DNA from: Callorhinchus milii
Taxonomy: Eukaryota
DNA: 64,000 bases
Direction of reading: 5' to 3'
Assembly: GCF_018977255.1 (NCBI RefSeq)
Contig: NW_024704743.1
Span: forward strand, 5,396,001-5,460,000
Part shown: one piece after another, positions 37,836-51,413 of the stretch
Numbering within the stretch: the stretch's first letter is position 1
Layout of the letters: each line of letters begins with the position of its first letter
The notes under the pieces: model-generated
Databases searched by the model: none
Told to the model about the DNA's origin: nothing
Seen by the model: the letters and a program-made list of their open reading frames with translations, nothing else
Translations under genes and position numbers: made by a program

Positions 37836-37935
37836 TGTATGTCTGTGCATGTGTATGTGTGAGTGTGTGCTAGTGTAATTGTGTGTGAGAGTGTGCATAT
37901 GTATACCGGTATATGTGTGGATGTTTGCATACACA
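37836..37935 (+). repeat. Degenerate (TG)n microsatellite
   Basis: tgtatgtctgtgcatgtgtatgtgtgagtgtgtg... Confidence 0.8.
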
Positions 37936-40783
37936 AAAACAGTCAAAGTTCAGGGTCCTATTCCAAGAATTTATATTTTTTTTAGCATTAAAAGCCACTT
38001 AGCCTGTGTTGGCGCTATGTAAGAGCTATTTGTGTAGTCCCACTCCCCTGCATTTTTCCAACAACCAGCGCTCTATGTCTGGAAAGTGCCCGGATATCAA
38101 ACTAATACACAATCGAGCTTCATTATAACAAGACTCCCTCCTTCCCCCAGGTATGCCAACATTCACTGTATGAGCTCACACATGAATAACACTTGGGTGA
38201 GGTTCCAGAAGATTGTCAGCATCCTTGAAACAATATACAAACATAATGAAAAGGAGAACATTTAGAAAGAGAAAACAAAGGTTTCATTTGGAGCAGACGT
38301 TTAGTATGGATGTTTCAGCACAAAGCTCCAAGTCGTCCTTAACTACCTCAAAGTGCTCTCTGGAACATTATTGTGTACGTTGGCAACAGAAGCAATATAT
38401 TTTGAGGCTAATCATCTGTTGTAATTTTCTTGAAACTCTAAAAAGGGAAAATTAATGCACGTTTACTCACTGTGGCTATGTTTGCTCACGTACAGTAAAA
38501 CTACTTTGCAGAGTGGTTAATCTGGCATATCACCCAGTTTCTCAATTTGAGCTACAACTGTATGGATTCACTTGATTACTTTAGAGATTGAATAATCTAG
38601 ATAAAACTCATCTTTCAATAAGAAAGATTTACACACTTTGACCACAGCTTCATTTATTTTCAGACACTCTTGTAGGTGTCAGTGTGGCTCAGTTGATTGC
38701 ATGCATGCTTTTGAGTCAGAAGGGTTCAACTCCCTGCAGAGGTCGGGATTTTGAGCTTATAGTTTATAGGCTGATAGTTCAGCGTAATGGTGGGGGTGTG
38801 CTGTAGTGTCGGAGGTGCCGTCGTTTGTATAAGATAAAAAATTGAGGTCCAGTCTGTCTCTTCAGGTGGAAGTTAAAAGATCTCAAGGTACTATTTGAAA
38901 AGAGACAGATGGGACCTGTTTTACACCTTAAAGATCATCACTTTACAATATATTGTGGGAAGTGCTTTGAGACGTGATCTGGCCCTATATCAAATGCAAG
39001 GAATTCTATTATATTAAGCAGCTGAAGGAGCAGCAGACATCTTTCATTGGAGAACTGGTCAGACCAGCCTTTTGGTTGCTGACCTACACATGGGGCAAAT
39101 GGCAAGAACATTGAAAAGTTACTTATTTATATTTCCAAAGACTGAAGTTCATTTTCGATTCAACAACCCACTGTAGTTAATGTCTCTACTTGGCTGTACT
39201 TCAGTAGTCTCTGAAATTCCAGAAATCCATGCCAATTGTCATCCTGTCTTAGCTCACAGCAACTGATTACAGTGTACGCGCCAACTGTCAAATACTTCTC
39301 TCTCTCCCAGAGCTGCAGAGCGCATTCTTCTACCTGTAAAAGGGAGCAGATTTTGCAGTGCTGAGTATACAGACTCTCTAAAATTGAGATGCTGTGCTGA
39401 ATGGTTGGAAATTTGTTTTTTTTAGATAACTTAATCCCTTGTGATTTTAGTTGATGCCTAAATCATAAACTTTTTAACATTCTGCACCTGAAGAAGAGAT
39501 TTTACTGGGCTGAGTAAAGCGTAGGGAAAAATGTCTACAAGCGTAAATTTCAAGCTTAAAATTGTCAGACCAGGCGAATCGTGCTAGAGAAACACTTCTG
39601 CTTGCAGTTGGTTTCAAGAACGATTCATTCTTTCGGCAACAAAATCCCTGTCTCTGCACATCACCGTAAGTTCTATGAAGTTCTTTGAGATGTCCTCTCA
39701 GCGTGAAAGGCACTATTGCAAGCACTGTTTATTATTTAAGTAGCCAGTGGATGGGTGAAGCCATGCTTCTGGTATCGGGAGCAATTTGGACAGTGTAAAA
39801 CGTGGAGAGTTCAAATCCTACTAGGCTCATACTGTCTCAAGATCTGTTAAAAGCTCCCTGGCTGACTGGGTGCACAGTGATTCTCTGCATCCTCCTCCTG
39901 AAACAACATTACTATATTAATGTGGATTATTCCCACGAGTGCTTCTGCAAATGTATAAGTAACATGCGTAACTGCACAACATGGAAACCCTTATTGGTCA
40001 GTTTGAAAGATCAAAGCAAAGCATCTCTCAACGTACTGAAATATCATATAACAAACTAAAAAAAATTCTTATGCTCTTAGCCTTAAGATCATGGTCTTAA
40101 AACTAAGACTATGAGAAATTTCAAGCCTGTCGTTCTCCAAGTCTAAAGTTGAATGTAATAGGCCTAAAAATTAAGAACAACTTGCTTTGGTTTGTGTGTC
40201 TATGGGGGTGCGGTGGGTGTCATTTAGGAACAAGTAAAGCAAAGTGTTCGAATTCCAGAGGGCAGGCTCCCTTGGGCAGTCAGAGGGGGGGTTAGAAAGT
40301 AAACACTGCTTTGCGAGAAAGAATGTTTTCCATTTTGCTTTCACAAATCGAAAATGTGCTGCTTTTAATCCACTTCACTAATTCAGTCAGCACTGCCTAA
40401 AATGGTCACAAGAATGCCCACGTCGAAACAATTCCTGCTGTATGATTCAGTTCCAGTTAGTCAACCGAGGCTGGAAAAAGTAAGGGAAGCCAAAGCTGCA
40501 TGACTTAGTACTATTTCTGCCAAATCCCATAATATGCAACGCTAACATCAGCAAAGTCTTGAACAACCTCAAAGCTGGAGACTTTTCAAATGCAACATTA
40601 CAGCTCTTTGGACAAATTTTTCAGAGTTGGGATTCCTTAAATCTATTTTCTAAACGTGGACAATACTGTATACCCCTCACCTAATATTCATCTGCTTTTG
40701 TACTCAGACGGTTTCACAGCAAGATTGCTGAAATAAATTCAATGAGGAAAATAAGATTGGTTCAATAAATAATACTAGGTCTT

Positions 40784-41083
40784 GTGGAGTCCCAGTAGCA
40801 TAGTGCGCTCATCTCGCAAGAGAGAGAACCCAGGTTCAATTCCCGGGTGAGGCGAAACCTTAGGCAAGTTTCCTTACTCCACATGACTCTGTTCGTTTAT
40901 CAGTAAGTAGGAACCCGGTTGTTACTCAATCCACGACTGTTTGTGGGACACTGCCGGGTGCAATTGGTTGTTGTGTTCAGCCCACAAAATACACGGTCAA
41001 TCCCTTTACAATATATTCTGTGAAGTGCTTTGAGATGTCTCAATGACGTGATAAGGTGCTATATCAAATGTAAGGATTAGTAT
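40784..41083 (+). mobile_element. tRNA-derived SINE, long subfamily
   Basis: Head, cagtaagtaggaacccgg segment, body and tail. Confidence 0.85.
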
Positions 41084-41429
41084 TACAATAGTGCAGTATA
41101 CAGAAAACTGATGTCCTGCATCATACTATAAGACAATAATCCAGCAGAGCACCTTGTGATTTCAATAACCGTACAAGCATTTTATGAACATCAAATGAAT
41201 CCAGAGACTGAATCCTATTTGTTGCTCCAGATGAAGTAAATATTTTCTTTGCCATCATCTGCTAGGGCACGAGCATGATAAAGCTGTCAGGATTTAGGTG
41301 ATGGAGGAAAGAAAACAGATCGTGAAATAGACTCACTGAGTGACAGCTGTAGGAGCAATAACTTTTTTTTAAAAAAAGCAGATTAATAATAATAATAATT
41401 ACTGGTAATTACTGGTAAACAACTGTATG

Positions 41430-42047
41430 TGTTACTGTAAAGTTGTGAAACCAGGGATTTCATGATATCCCTGAAACTTTCAGTAAAATTGTGAAACCAT
41501 GAAATCACTGAAATTAGGAATCAGGGATTTCGTGAAAAAGTGATCATTTCATTGTGTGATAACCTCTCCTTGACACTCGTTAGCATTATCAACACATAAA
41601 TAACACATGATGAAAAGTAATCATAGAATGTTTTAATGTTTAATGTTTTATTCACCATAAACTTCATGTGATATTTCATTCACTGATGAGTCAAATGCTC
41701 ATTTGATAACACAATTGAGGCTTCCATGACACCGAGAGATACATTTTAGCTTTGCTTTGAAGCATTTATAATGGTTGGTCTGACTTATCTTGTGAAGTGA
41801 CACTGACTTCTTCTTATTGATGCAGTTCTCTCTTAACAATCGTGGGCAGAGGGTAAATTGGTTCCTGGAATAGTGACCCCTCAGGATGCTGGCCTTCATT
41901 GTTATCTTGTACTTAGTCAGTGTCTAAATCTCTATTAATGATGTTCCTCGGATCCCTTCTAGCCCTGTCCACTGCTGGGATCACTTTTCACAAAATCTCT
42001 GACTCCTAATTTCAATGATTTAATGGTTTCACAACTTTACTGTAACA
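41430..42047. mobile_element. Non-autonomous TIR DNA element, TGT...ACA ends, 4-bp TSD TATG (Ginger-like)
   Basis: 24-bp terminal inverted repeat (1 mismatch), ~65-bp inverted subterminal block, TATG on both flanks. Confidence 0.7.
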
Positions 42048-42614
42048 TATGCACATTATGAGAGAGGCTTATATGGATGATCAGAAACAGGCAGTAAATG
42101 AAGTAAAGCGCATTTTGAATCCCTTAGAATTCTGCAATTGAAATGATTTACCTAGTGAATGGCCCTTTGTTTAAATTAGTTTTCACAGGCAACAATCCTT
42201 CAGTTGGATTGGTCATTCACATCATGGTTGTTTGTGCAATGTTTGCCCCTGTACTGCACTTGACAGCACTTTCTGTTGGGGTGCTTTGAGATTTTTTTTG
42301 ATAATGTGGACATTGTATCATATGCAAGGATTAATTTATTTCATAAGGTCTCCCTGCCTCTGAAATTGTCTGAAATTACCAAGCGTGAACATCATATGGT
42401 CTACCAGCCCGGGTGACACAAAATAGATTCACCCAGGATCTCCCAGTATATTTACAGGCTAGTTACCATATAGAAAAGTAATAGGTTTTCTGTATGGTAA
42501 CTAGTCCGTAAACACTCACCCCTCCTTCCCCCCCAAGTTAACGCTTCACCCAAAGATGACACCTCTGAAAACACACTACTTTCCCCAGTGTTGCACTTAA
42601 GTATCAACCTAGAC

Positions 42615-43705
42615 CAGTGCGGTCCAACCTGTGGGCGACACCCGGCCCGGCCGGTGATTTTTTCCGGGCCGCGATCATTTCCAACTTACACTCCCTCCCT
42701 CCCTGGTGAATGTCATCTCAGGTCAGTGGTAGGAGGTGAATGTCATCTCAGGTCAGCGGTAGGAGTTGGTAGGATGCAGCGCGGAGAGTGGAAATAACAC
42801 CGGCCATTATTGCAGTCTGTCAGGAAGGCAAGTACATCTCTTACCAACTGCCGTTCAGACAGTGAACCACACGGCTGATTGGAAGAGAGAGGGATTGAGA
42901 GGAGGGGGAGAAAGAGAGGTGGGGAAATGGAGAGAGAGTGGGGAGTAAGGGGGGGAGAGAGAGGGGGAGAGAGAGAGGGGAGAGAGGGGGGAGTGATAGA
43001 GCAGAAAGGGAATGAGAGTGAGAGAGTGGGAAAGTAATAGAATGGGAGTGGAATAGATGTGAGAGACGTAGAGTGTGAGAGGGGTAGATGTGAGAGAGAG
43101 TGTGAGGGGGAGGGAGAAAGTGTGAGGGGGAGTGAATGTGAGGGAGAAGGGGAGAGAAAGGGGGAGATTGAGAGAGGGTGATTGAGAGAGAGTTTGAGAG
43201 GGGATAGAGAGAGTATGTGTGTGGGAGAGAGTGGGAGTGAGAGAGAGTAATTAAGCGAGGGAGAGAGTGTGAGATAGAGAGAGGGAGTGGAGGAGAGGGG
43301 GAGTTCGGTGTGTGAGAGGGAAGAGAGTATGAGATGGTGTGAAAAGTGGAGTGAGAGAGTAATTGAGAGTGCGGTGTGTGAGAGAGTGAGAGAGAGGGGG
43401 AGAGGAGAAAGTCCCCCCTCCTCTCAATTCCTCTTTCTCCCAATCAGCCGCGCGGTTCACTATCTGCGAGGTGGTTGGTAAGAGATGCGCTTGCCTTCCT
43501 GAGAGAAGGCAGTTATGACCGGTATTATTTCCACTCTGCCCCTGCATCCTCCCAACCGATGGCTGCTGCAGCTGCCCTGGGAGGATGTTCACCAGGGAGG
43601 GAGGGAGTGGAAGTTGGAATGTTGGAAATGGTCTCAGGCTGGATATAGCCTGCGGACCTTTCTCAAATAGGGAATCCAGCCAAAAAGTTGGACCCCCCCA
43701 CCCCC
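42615..43705. mobile_element. Non-autonomous hAT (Charlie-like) element with long internal inverted repeats
   Basis: CAGTGCGGTCCAAC left end, degenerate GTTGGACCCC right end, 8-bp TSD acctagac/gcctagac. Confidence 0.75.
42880..43410 (+). repeat. Purine-rich (GA/GT) low-complexity tract
   Basis: About 530 bp almost devoid of C on the + strand. Confidence 0.9.
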
Positions 43706-45459
43706 GCCTAGACTGTGAGCCCAAGTCTCAGACATAGGGCTTAAATAACCCACACACCCACTGAGCAAAACTCTTTAAAATAAAATCACTCAGATTATTT
43801 ATGATAAATGCTAAACCTTGGATTTATTATATATTATATAAATGCAAGCTGTTGTTTTTTGAGACTGGAGCAAATCCACACATAGGTTCACTCTGCATCT
43901 GGCCGCAATGCTTGACTTAATAATTTTTCATGCAAAAATGGGGTTCCAGTACAGGAAAGTGTGGCACTTCCCACAATAGCATTCATCACTCTTGACGTGC
44001 ACAAAATTCACCAAAAAATAGTTCAGATAAATAGCCTAATTTCAAATGGGGTCCTGGCTTCTGGATATCCACCAGCGTCTCCACAGCATGGAAATGTACA
44101 GTAAAGCCTGAAAACATGGTTTACTGAAAATCACATTGAGATTTATTTTTGTATTCAAAGTGACTATAATGGTGCACTTCTTTTTTTCCAACACTTCCAC
44201 AAAGATCCTTCTTAAAAAGTCCTTGAATTTAACTCAGATAGTTCCAGAAAAAAACAAACTGAATTAAAAAAAGACAAATGGAAAGTATTCTCCTGTCTTT
44301 CCCATGCCTTTTTAATCAAAACCTTCAGGAGCAACGATTTCAAACACACAGCCCTGGAAGACCATCAAAACATACTACGAGTTAGCGTGCCTTGTTATTA
44401 AATGGAGATTGCTCATTCAATTTCATTCTTAATGTAGTTTGCCAGGCTATTTACGGTTAATAATGTTCTTTTTTACATTAACTACATGCCACTGCTTACG
44501 GAAGCATCTGTATTTTATACAATTGTCAAAATAAAGTCAACGTGTCAAATAGATATCATTTTATGAAGTGTTTATTGTGGACTGGCTGTAAAAAAGAAAT
44601 TAATAATGGAGTAAATTACAGTTCAGACAAGTCAATGCAGAGGTTTGTCGTGCAGAGACATCAGATGCCTCATATGGTTTACCGGACTCCGGGTATCCAG
44701 AATTCATACCGAGCCAGAAACCACAAATGTTTTAAAAATTTCCATGGGCCCGACATCCTTCTGAAAGAAGTCTCAATGTCGGCTTGAACCCACAATCTTA
44801 TGACTCTAGATGAAAATGCTACCAACTGAGCCAGACTCTCTCTCACCCACATTATACACACAATTGTTGCCAAACTAGTTTCTCTAGATAGCATCTCCAT
44901 TCTTTCAATCCTGAGGATTATAAAACTGTAGCACTGCCCGCAAAGAGAAAGTAATGGTACCACTGGAACTTGGATAATCACATCCCTGACAAATTTCTCT
45001 CCAATGTTCTGATACTTCATGTCCACTTTCATTCAGTTCATGAGATAGCACTGCCATCTTGAAAACAAGGTCCCTTAATATCAGATTGAAATCTATTTTA
45101 TTCAGACCCATGTTTAAAGGTGAAGGGTTAGAAAATATTTTTCTGCACAATTTTTTGTTCTTTACAGAAATTTCAAACTATAATCAATAAGAAATCAATT
45201 TCCAGCCACTTTAAAGCAAAATTCCTGATGGATTCTACTGAAGTCATCAATCATAGAGTGGTACAGAACAGTAACATATCTTTGCTGTCTGAGTCTGTGT
45301 TTTTATCCAAATGATCTTACTAATCTAACCTAATTTGATTTAATTTCCTGCTTGCTCCCATACTCTTGAATATTCTTCTTTATTCAAGCACCAATTCCTT
45401 TTTTATATAATTTATGGGCAATTCTTCCAAGAAAACTTTGCAGCAGAGAATCATAATGA

Positions 45460-45938
45460 TAAAGCCCTTGTCCATCCATTTATTACATCTAGGCTCAACT
45501 AGGGCAACTCCCCGCTTGTCGGCCTTCCCAATTCTTCCCTCCACAAATTGCAAATCATCCAGAATTCTGCAGCTCATGTCGTCTCCCGGACCAAGCTCCG
45601 TGACACTATCCCTTGCCTGGCTCCACCGACTCCCCATCCCTCGCAGTATAGAGTTCAAAATCCTCGTCCTCGCCTTCAAGGCCTTCAGCTTCTCTGCCTC
45701 CACCCTCTGGAACTCCATCCCAGTCCCTTCATCTCACTCCCTCCCTTTTCTCCTTGAAGGCATGTCTCAAGTTCCCCCTCTTTGACCGCGCCTTCGGCCA
45801 CCCTCCTACCCCTACCCTCCCTGCCCTCAACGCTACTGATCCCAAACTCCCTGCTCGGGTTCAAATCCCTGATTGTCCAGCGCCTTGGGATGTCCTTCTG
45901 ATGTGAAAGGTGCTTTACAAATGTAAGTTGCTGTTGTT
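45460..45938 (+). mobile_element. L2-clade LINE 3' fragment
   Basis: QIIQNSAAHVV, LHRLPI...FKILVLAFKA and tail. Confidence 0.85.
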
Positions 45939-46304
45939 AATAATCCTTACATTTGATATAATGCCTTATCACATCTTCGAGACATCTCAAAGCGCTTCAC
46001 AGAATATACTGTTTTGTGGACGAAACCTAGCAACAATTGCACAGTAGTGTCCCGCACACAGTCATGGATTGAGTGATCAAATTATTATTTTTTTTAAAAG
46101 AAATTTGAAGGCTTTATAACCCCCGGAAAAGCGATCCACTGTTACATTTCACCCAAACGCCCACTTTGGTGTTAACTGCTAAGTAATGGATTCTTCCATC
46201 ATTTGAAATGAACTGTAGCTAGATGTTTGATGATATGAGAGGAGGACATCACAACAATGTATTCTGCAATTAGGTACAACAGGTAGAGTGGATGATCTTA
46301 TAGG

Positions 46305-46623
46305 ATAATAATAATAATCCTTGCATTTGATATAGCGCTTGTCACGTCGGGAGGACGTCCCAAAGCGCTTCACAGAATATACTGTAAAGTGAATTGACTG
46401 TATATTTGTGGGCGAACGCGGCAGCCAATTGCGCACAGCGGTGTCCCACAAACAGTCGTAGATTGAAAATGACCAATTTATTATTGTTTTTGGTTTTGGA
46501 GGGATTATTATTAGGCGTGTGGAGTAAGGAAACTTGCCCAAGGTTTCGCCCTCTGCCTGGAATTGAACTCAGGTCTCTCACCTGCAAAGCGAGCACTCTA
46601 ACCACTGAGCTACAGGACTCCAC
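46305..46623 (-). mobile_element. Full-length tRNA-derived SINE, young short subfamily
   Basis: Intact head, CpG-rich body and tail; near-identical to 54936-55260 and 26556-26772. Confidence 0.92.
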
Positions 46624-48049
46624 AAGATCAAATGGACCAAAGGGCCTTTTTAATTTGAACCTCTTTTGTGAGCTCCTTGTCCTCATAGCATTTTCATTCT
46701 GTCTTACAGAAATTACAGTTCTTAAGCAGGTGACCATAGTACGCTGTGCAATACCCACAAATATTGCCTATCCAGGTGTAGCAGGGATTCCGACTTTACC
46801 TAACTAGAGGCACTGATACTGGCAACTATTAGGGTGTTGTCCAAAATAATTCAACTAACTAGATAGGAACATTAGGCACAGATGTTTTTTTCTTTCTTGA
46901 AACAGACGTCTTTGATTTAAAACAAATATTCCAGTGAACTTCAAGTCACCGAGTAGGCTCAGGGCAGAACGATGGCATGATTAACAGTAAGCACATACAA
47001 CCTATCAAACAGTTTAATTCAATCTAAACACATTTGTAACTTGTGTGGACAATGAGTGATTTCAACAGGATAAACAAGAACACAGAATGTCTTTTAAATA
47101 ACCAGGAGAAGGAATGAATCATACTCTGTGCCATGATCATGTGGTAATTCACATGAATACATTTCTCCTTGAAGAACATTTATTCATCATGTGAGGTTAC
47201 AATATTCAATTCGACAACCCCTTCTCAAGTTAGCCATGTGATGTCCATAGACTTGCATCAAAATGTATACATCAATACAAGAAAAAAACAATATTCACAT
47301 CCGATACTTTTATACGGAACTGACAATCTAATATTATTAGTTTAGCAAGAGGCCTGGTAATTTGTTAATTTCTCAGTATTTACAGTTGCACCCATTATTC
47401 CCTGTTCCAGTTTATGAAAAAATAATGTTCAGGACAAACTGAACTCCATCTGCTCAACATTAACATCAGATGACATTCTTCTTCATTAGAGCCAGTCATA
47501 ATTTAATCATTTTCTAAATGGGCTTGCAGCAGATGCAAGTACCAAAATGGTTGATAAACAGAATTCAATAGGTATATCCCCCAGGAACCCAACGGAATCC
47601 ATTAATATCCTGGTGTCAGTGGGAAAGCTGGTTGGGGAATTTGGGGGCAGTCCAAAATAGATTAGACCATTTTCAATAGCACTATATCTTTAGTGTCAAT
47701 AGCAGAGCTTCAAGGTAAGCAAATGACCACAGTTAACTTCCTGTTTACTCAGCAGATAGCAGCTTTATGTATTCCATCAATCTGAAATATCCCTTATAAA
47801 CAGCTGACAATGTTATTCCAAGTAGATCTGTGGGATACTGCTGTGCGCAATTGGCTGCCACGTTTCGCCTACACATATACAGTTAATTCACTTTACAGTA
47901 TATTCTGTGAAGCGCTTTGAGACGTCTAGAAGATGTGAAAAGTGCTACATCAAATGCAAGGATTATTATTATTATTAGATCCACTTTTTAAAAGTTATTT
48001 TACCTCCCTGCATTTTCGGAAAACATACTTTTGTGCACAACACACTCAT

Positions 48050-48500
48050 ATATTACAAATGGCTGTGGAGAACATCCAGAGTCGATGCACCATATTCATT
48101 CTTGGGATGGAGAGGTTTAGCTATAGAGGGACACTGGGCAGATTTGGGTTATATTCTTTGGATCTGAGGAGGATAAGGGATTATCTGATTGAGTTGTTTA
48201 AAAATACAAACCGAATTGACAAACTAGAAAGTGTATAACTCTTCCCTATGGTAGAGGAATCCAAAACAAGGGACATAATCTGAAAATTAGAGATACATGA
48301 ATTAGAAGCAAGATTGGAAAACATTTCTTCACACAGGGATGTAAAAATGTGAGAAGACGTTCCATGGTGCTGAAATGAAATGCATTGTCCCATAAGTCCA
48401 TAAAGGCAGAATGAATTGGGATGTTTAACAGGGAGATGGATGGTTACTTGGGAAGTAAGAAAAGCAGGAAAAAAATCTGGCATGATATAATAAAGTGGCA
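48050..48500 (+). mobile_element. CR1 RT C-terminal fragment
   Basis: LGMERFSYRGTLGRFGLYSLDLRRIRDYLIELFK resembles the CR1 LSYEERL..LGLFSLE.RR.RGDLIEVFK motif. Confidence 0.8.
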
Positions 48501-48932
48501 GAATAGAGTATGCGCTGACAGCCTCTTAAATTTTTGATGCACAGTTTATGAATATTTATAAATATTGCATGCCTGTTGTTATTGGGCCATTATTTTCTTT
48601 TGACTGGACTCTTTACCCATGACAACAACAACTTGCATTTATATAGCACCCTTTACACAGGGTAACGTCTTGGAACGCTTAACAACGACGCAGCTGGATT
48701 ATGATGAAATGGCAGGACATTGGGATTAAAAGATAAAGTGGTAATAAAATGGTGGAACAAGATTGATGAGCTAAATGACCTCCTCTATTGCTGTTTTCCT
48801 ATGTTCTAAACTTATCTCCCTGGGACAGTATTCCCACTTTTTGGAAAACAGGCTTTCAGAGCGGGAGTGCGGTAAACAAATTAATTCCTATCAAGATCAC
48901 GGTTTCTAGCCTTTTAACATTAATCTTAATGA

Positions 48933-49188
48933 ATAATAAAATAATCCTTGCATTTGATATAGCGCTTTTCACATCTTCGAGACGTCTCAAAACGCTTCAC
49001 AGAACATACTGTAAAGTTAATTGACTGTATGTATGTTTGTTGGTGAAACGCGGCAGCCAATTGCACACACCGGTGTACCACAAACAGTCATGAATTGAAG
49101 TGACCAATTTTTTTTGAGAGATTATTATTGGTCGTGTGGAGTAAGGAAACTTGCCCAAGGTTTCGCCCTGTCGGGAATTCAACCTAGG
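48933..49188 (-). mobile_element. tRNA-derived SINE, partially 5'-truncated
   Basis: Family body and tail plus partial head. Confidence 0.85.
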
Positions 49189-50324
49189 TTGATCTTACAC
49201 TTCAGATAGCATCAGGCTCAGCAAACGATGAGGATAGCTGATCAAAAACAGCCCTCATGCAGTTTATAGTAATTATATTATTCCTGTGGCATTACTTCAA
49301 GACTAACCTCAATTTGAGAATTCCAAATAACAGTAATGCGCCAACCTTAAATTACAATAATTTGATATGTCATCTGAAACTTTAATCAGATTACTTATAA
49401 TCTTCCTTAGCAATTGATTTGCAAATGTTGGTGTTATACAATGCAGACGTAAAAGGATGAATATATCCATCGCTCTGCAAAATTAAAGAAATTAAGGCAC
49501 AAAACAGACTTGAGAAACTACAGACAATTAGAGAACAGGAGGAGGCTCTTCAGCACTCGTGCCTGTGCTGGCTTTCTGACAGAAGTATCCCTTTAGCCCC
49601 TTTCTCGTGTACAGGATGAATTTAGCACACGGAAATTCATTGGAAAGGATTCAACACTGGATATTAGGTTACTAATGTTTTACAATGTGGAACATGCATA
49701 CAAACATCAAACGCAAGCTACACTCAGACCATCATTGGTTTGCATATGCAGACCCAGGACCTGTTTTTGACTCTTGAATCTGTGGTTTGAATCATTTGTG
49801 AAATTGAATGCTAAATTGAATTATAATACTTCATTACACAATGCTATTGGGAAGGAAGCAAGATGTTAAAGTGCTGGTCACAGGAAACACTTAACATTGT
49901 TGTTTATAAAAGAAATCATTTATTTTGTGTTTGTGGAAAAGAATGATAAACATCTACCAACATCTACAGATTGGTGAAATGCTCCACAGTTTCAGTCTCT
50001 AGATGGAAGAGACATTGGTATTGCTCAGTTATTCATGTTCATAATGAGGGAAAAAAAATTGTACACCTATGCAACCAACCCAACTCAGTTTATTTCACAT
50101 TTTAAAGCAATTTTTTTGCACACCATTCAGCAATGAACTTTCAGGTATAAAGTAGGGAACCCCATCAACAGCAGTCTAAGCTATACTTAGTTTTGTACAT
50201 GTAAACTAACTGTGCTAGTATATAGAGGAGGAAAGGTGTAAAGCAGAAAGTTGTATAGGTAAGAGAGTGGTTTCATTTCATACACAATATCCAACACCCA
50301 ATGAGAAATAATAATTGTACTTAC

Positions 50325-50414
50325 AGGCCTGCGGAGGAAGAAAAAAGACAATGCCCCAATCAAGGGCATATCACCAAGCAGGGGTTCCAGAATCACTCGA
50401 ATTATGCCATTAAG
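50325..50414 (-). CDS. ESYT2: ESYT2 coding exon, 90 nt (LNGIIRVILEPLLGDMPLIGALSFFFLRRP), SMP domain
   Basis: cag|CTT...CCT|gtaagt; matches RVILEPLIGDMPLVGALSIFFLRKP. Confidence 0.96.
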
Positions 50415-51340
50415 CTGTAAATAAAATACGTCAAATAGTTTTACAAAAGTATCCTTTTGACACAACACAAATTCCCACTTAAGCTTTATTCACCAAAGAA
50501 TCAAGAGGGCAGCACTTGAACATCTTGGATAAGGTACTGATCCTGTAATGAATGGCGACTGTGAGGTCTACGTGGTTGATGCTTCTTGTGCTACCACATC
50601 ATGCCAAGTCACTCAGCTGCATGAAGGGTATTTGCTGACCGTGCAGCCTAAGGAGTGGGTCTGGACAATGACTGGCAGTGAATTCAATGGCATATACTAT
50701 AGTCAAATAAGGCTGAATTGGATATAAGTCCATAAACCTCTTCAAAGGTGAGCCCCATTCAATTGTTTATAGTCCTTATGTGCAAGTTACATTCAGCTTC
50801 TGTTCAAATCTACATAACAGCGTTCTGACTGGAAACAAAGGAAGAACCAAAAATGACAAAGGCCCAAGTAGCCCAAGGTTTCCTTTTCTTAGTTTCCAAT
50901 TTTTATGCTTCTCTACTCTACAAGCCTCGAGTGTTTTGATGCATCTCGAGGTGCTTTGGGTGCTACAGCATCATCTGATTTTGAATGAATTCACAATCAT
51001 GAAGTATTGAACAAACAAATTTCACCCAACCCATCAAAACTGCTCCTTCCATAATCCACCCTATTGTGGCCTCTGCCCCCAACCTTCTTAACAAATCTCC
51101 TGCACAAACATACAACCATATCCCGATCTTTAAAGGTACTCAAGAAAACTACAACATTTGTCCATTGCTACTTCTCCACTGGCTATCTGCCTTTCTCTTC
51201 CCCTTATATACTCAAGTCAGATCCTACCTTGGTTTCAAGTTAAGAAAACATCAAATAAATCATTTTCAATTGCTCCCCCCTCAAAAAACTCCCCACTGTC
51301 AGATATAATGTAATCTGCATTTTACGTGAAGCCACAGTAC

Positions 51341-51413
51341 CTGTATACTTTTCACACCAGCTCTGCAAAAGTACCTCTTGATCTCAAGATCTATCTCAGA
51401 GTTTCCAACATAG
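51341..51413 (-). CDS. ESYT2: ESYT2 coding exon, 73 nt (YVGNSEIDLEIKRYFCRAGVKSIQ), SMP domain
   Basis: tag|C TAT...CAG|gtact, phase 2-0, compatible with the upstream exon. Confidence 0.96.

Noticed and set aside
39325..39350. ccttttacag|GTAGAAG, a possible recursive splice site midway through the 25-kb intron
   Set aside because: The reconstituted donor GTAGAA is weak and the intron is short for vertebrate recursive splicing
42841..43443. 200-aa Ser/Leu/His/Pro-rich ORF
   Set aside because: Artefact of the GA-rich low-complexity tract
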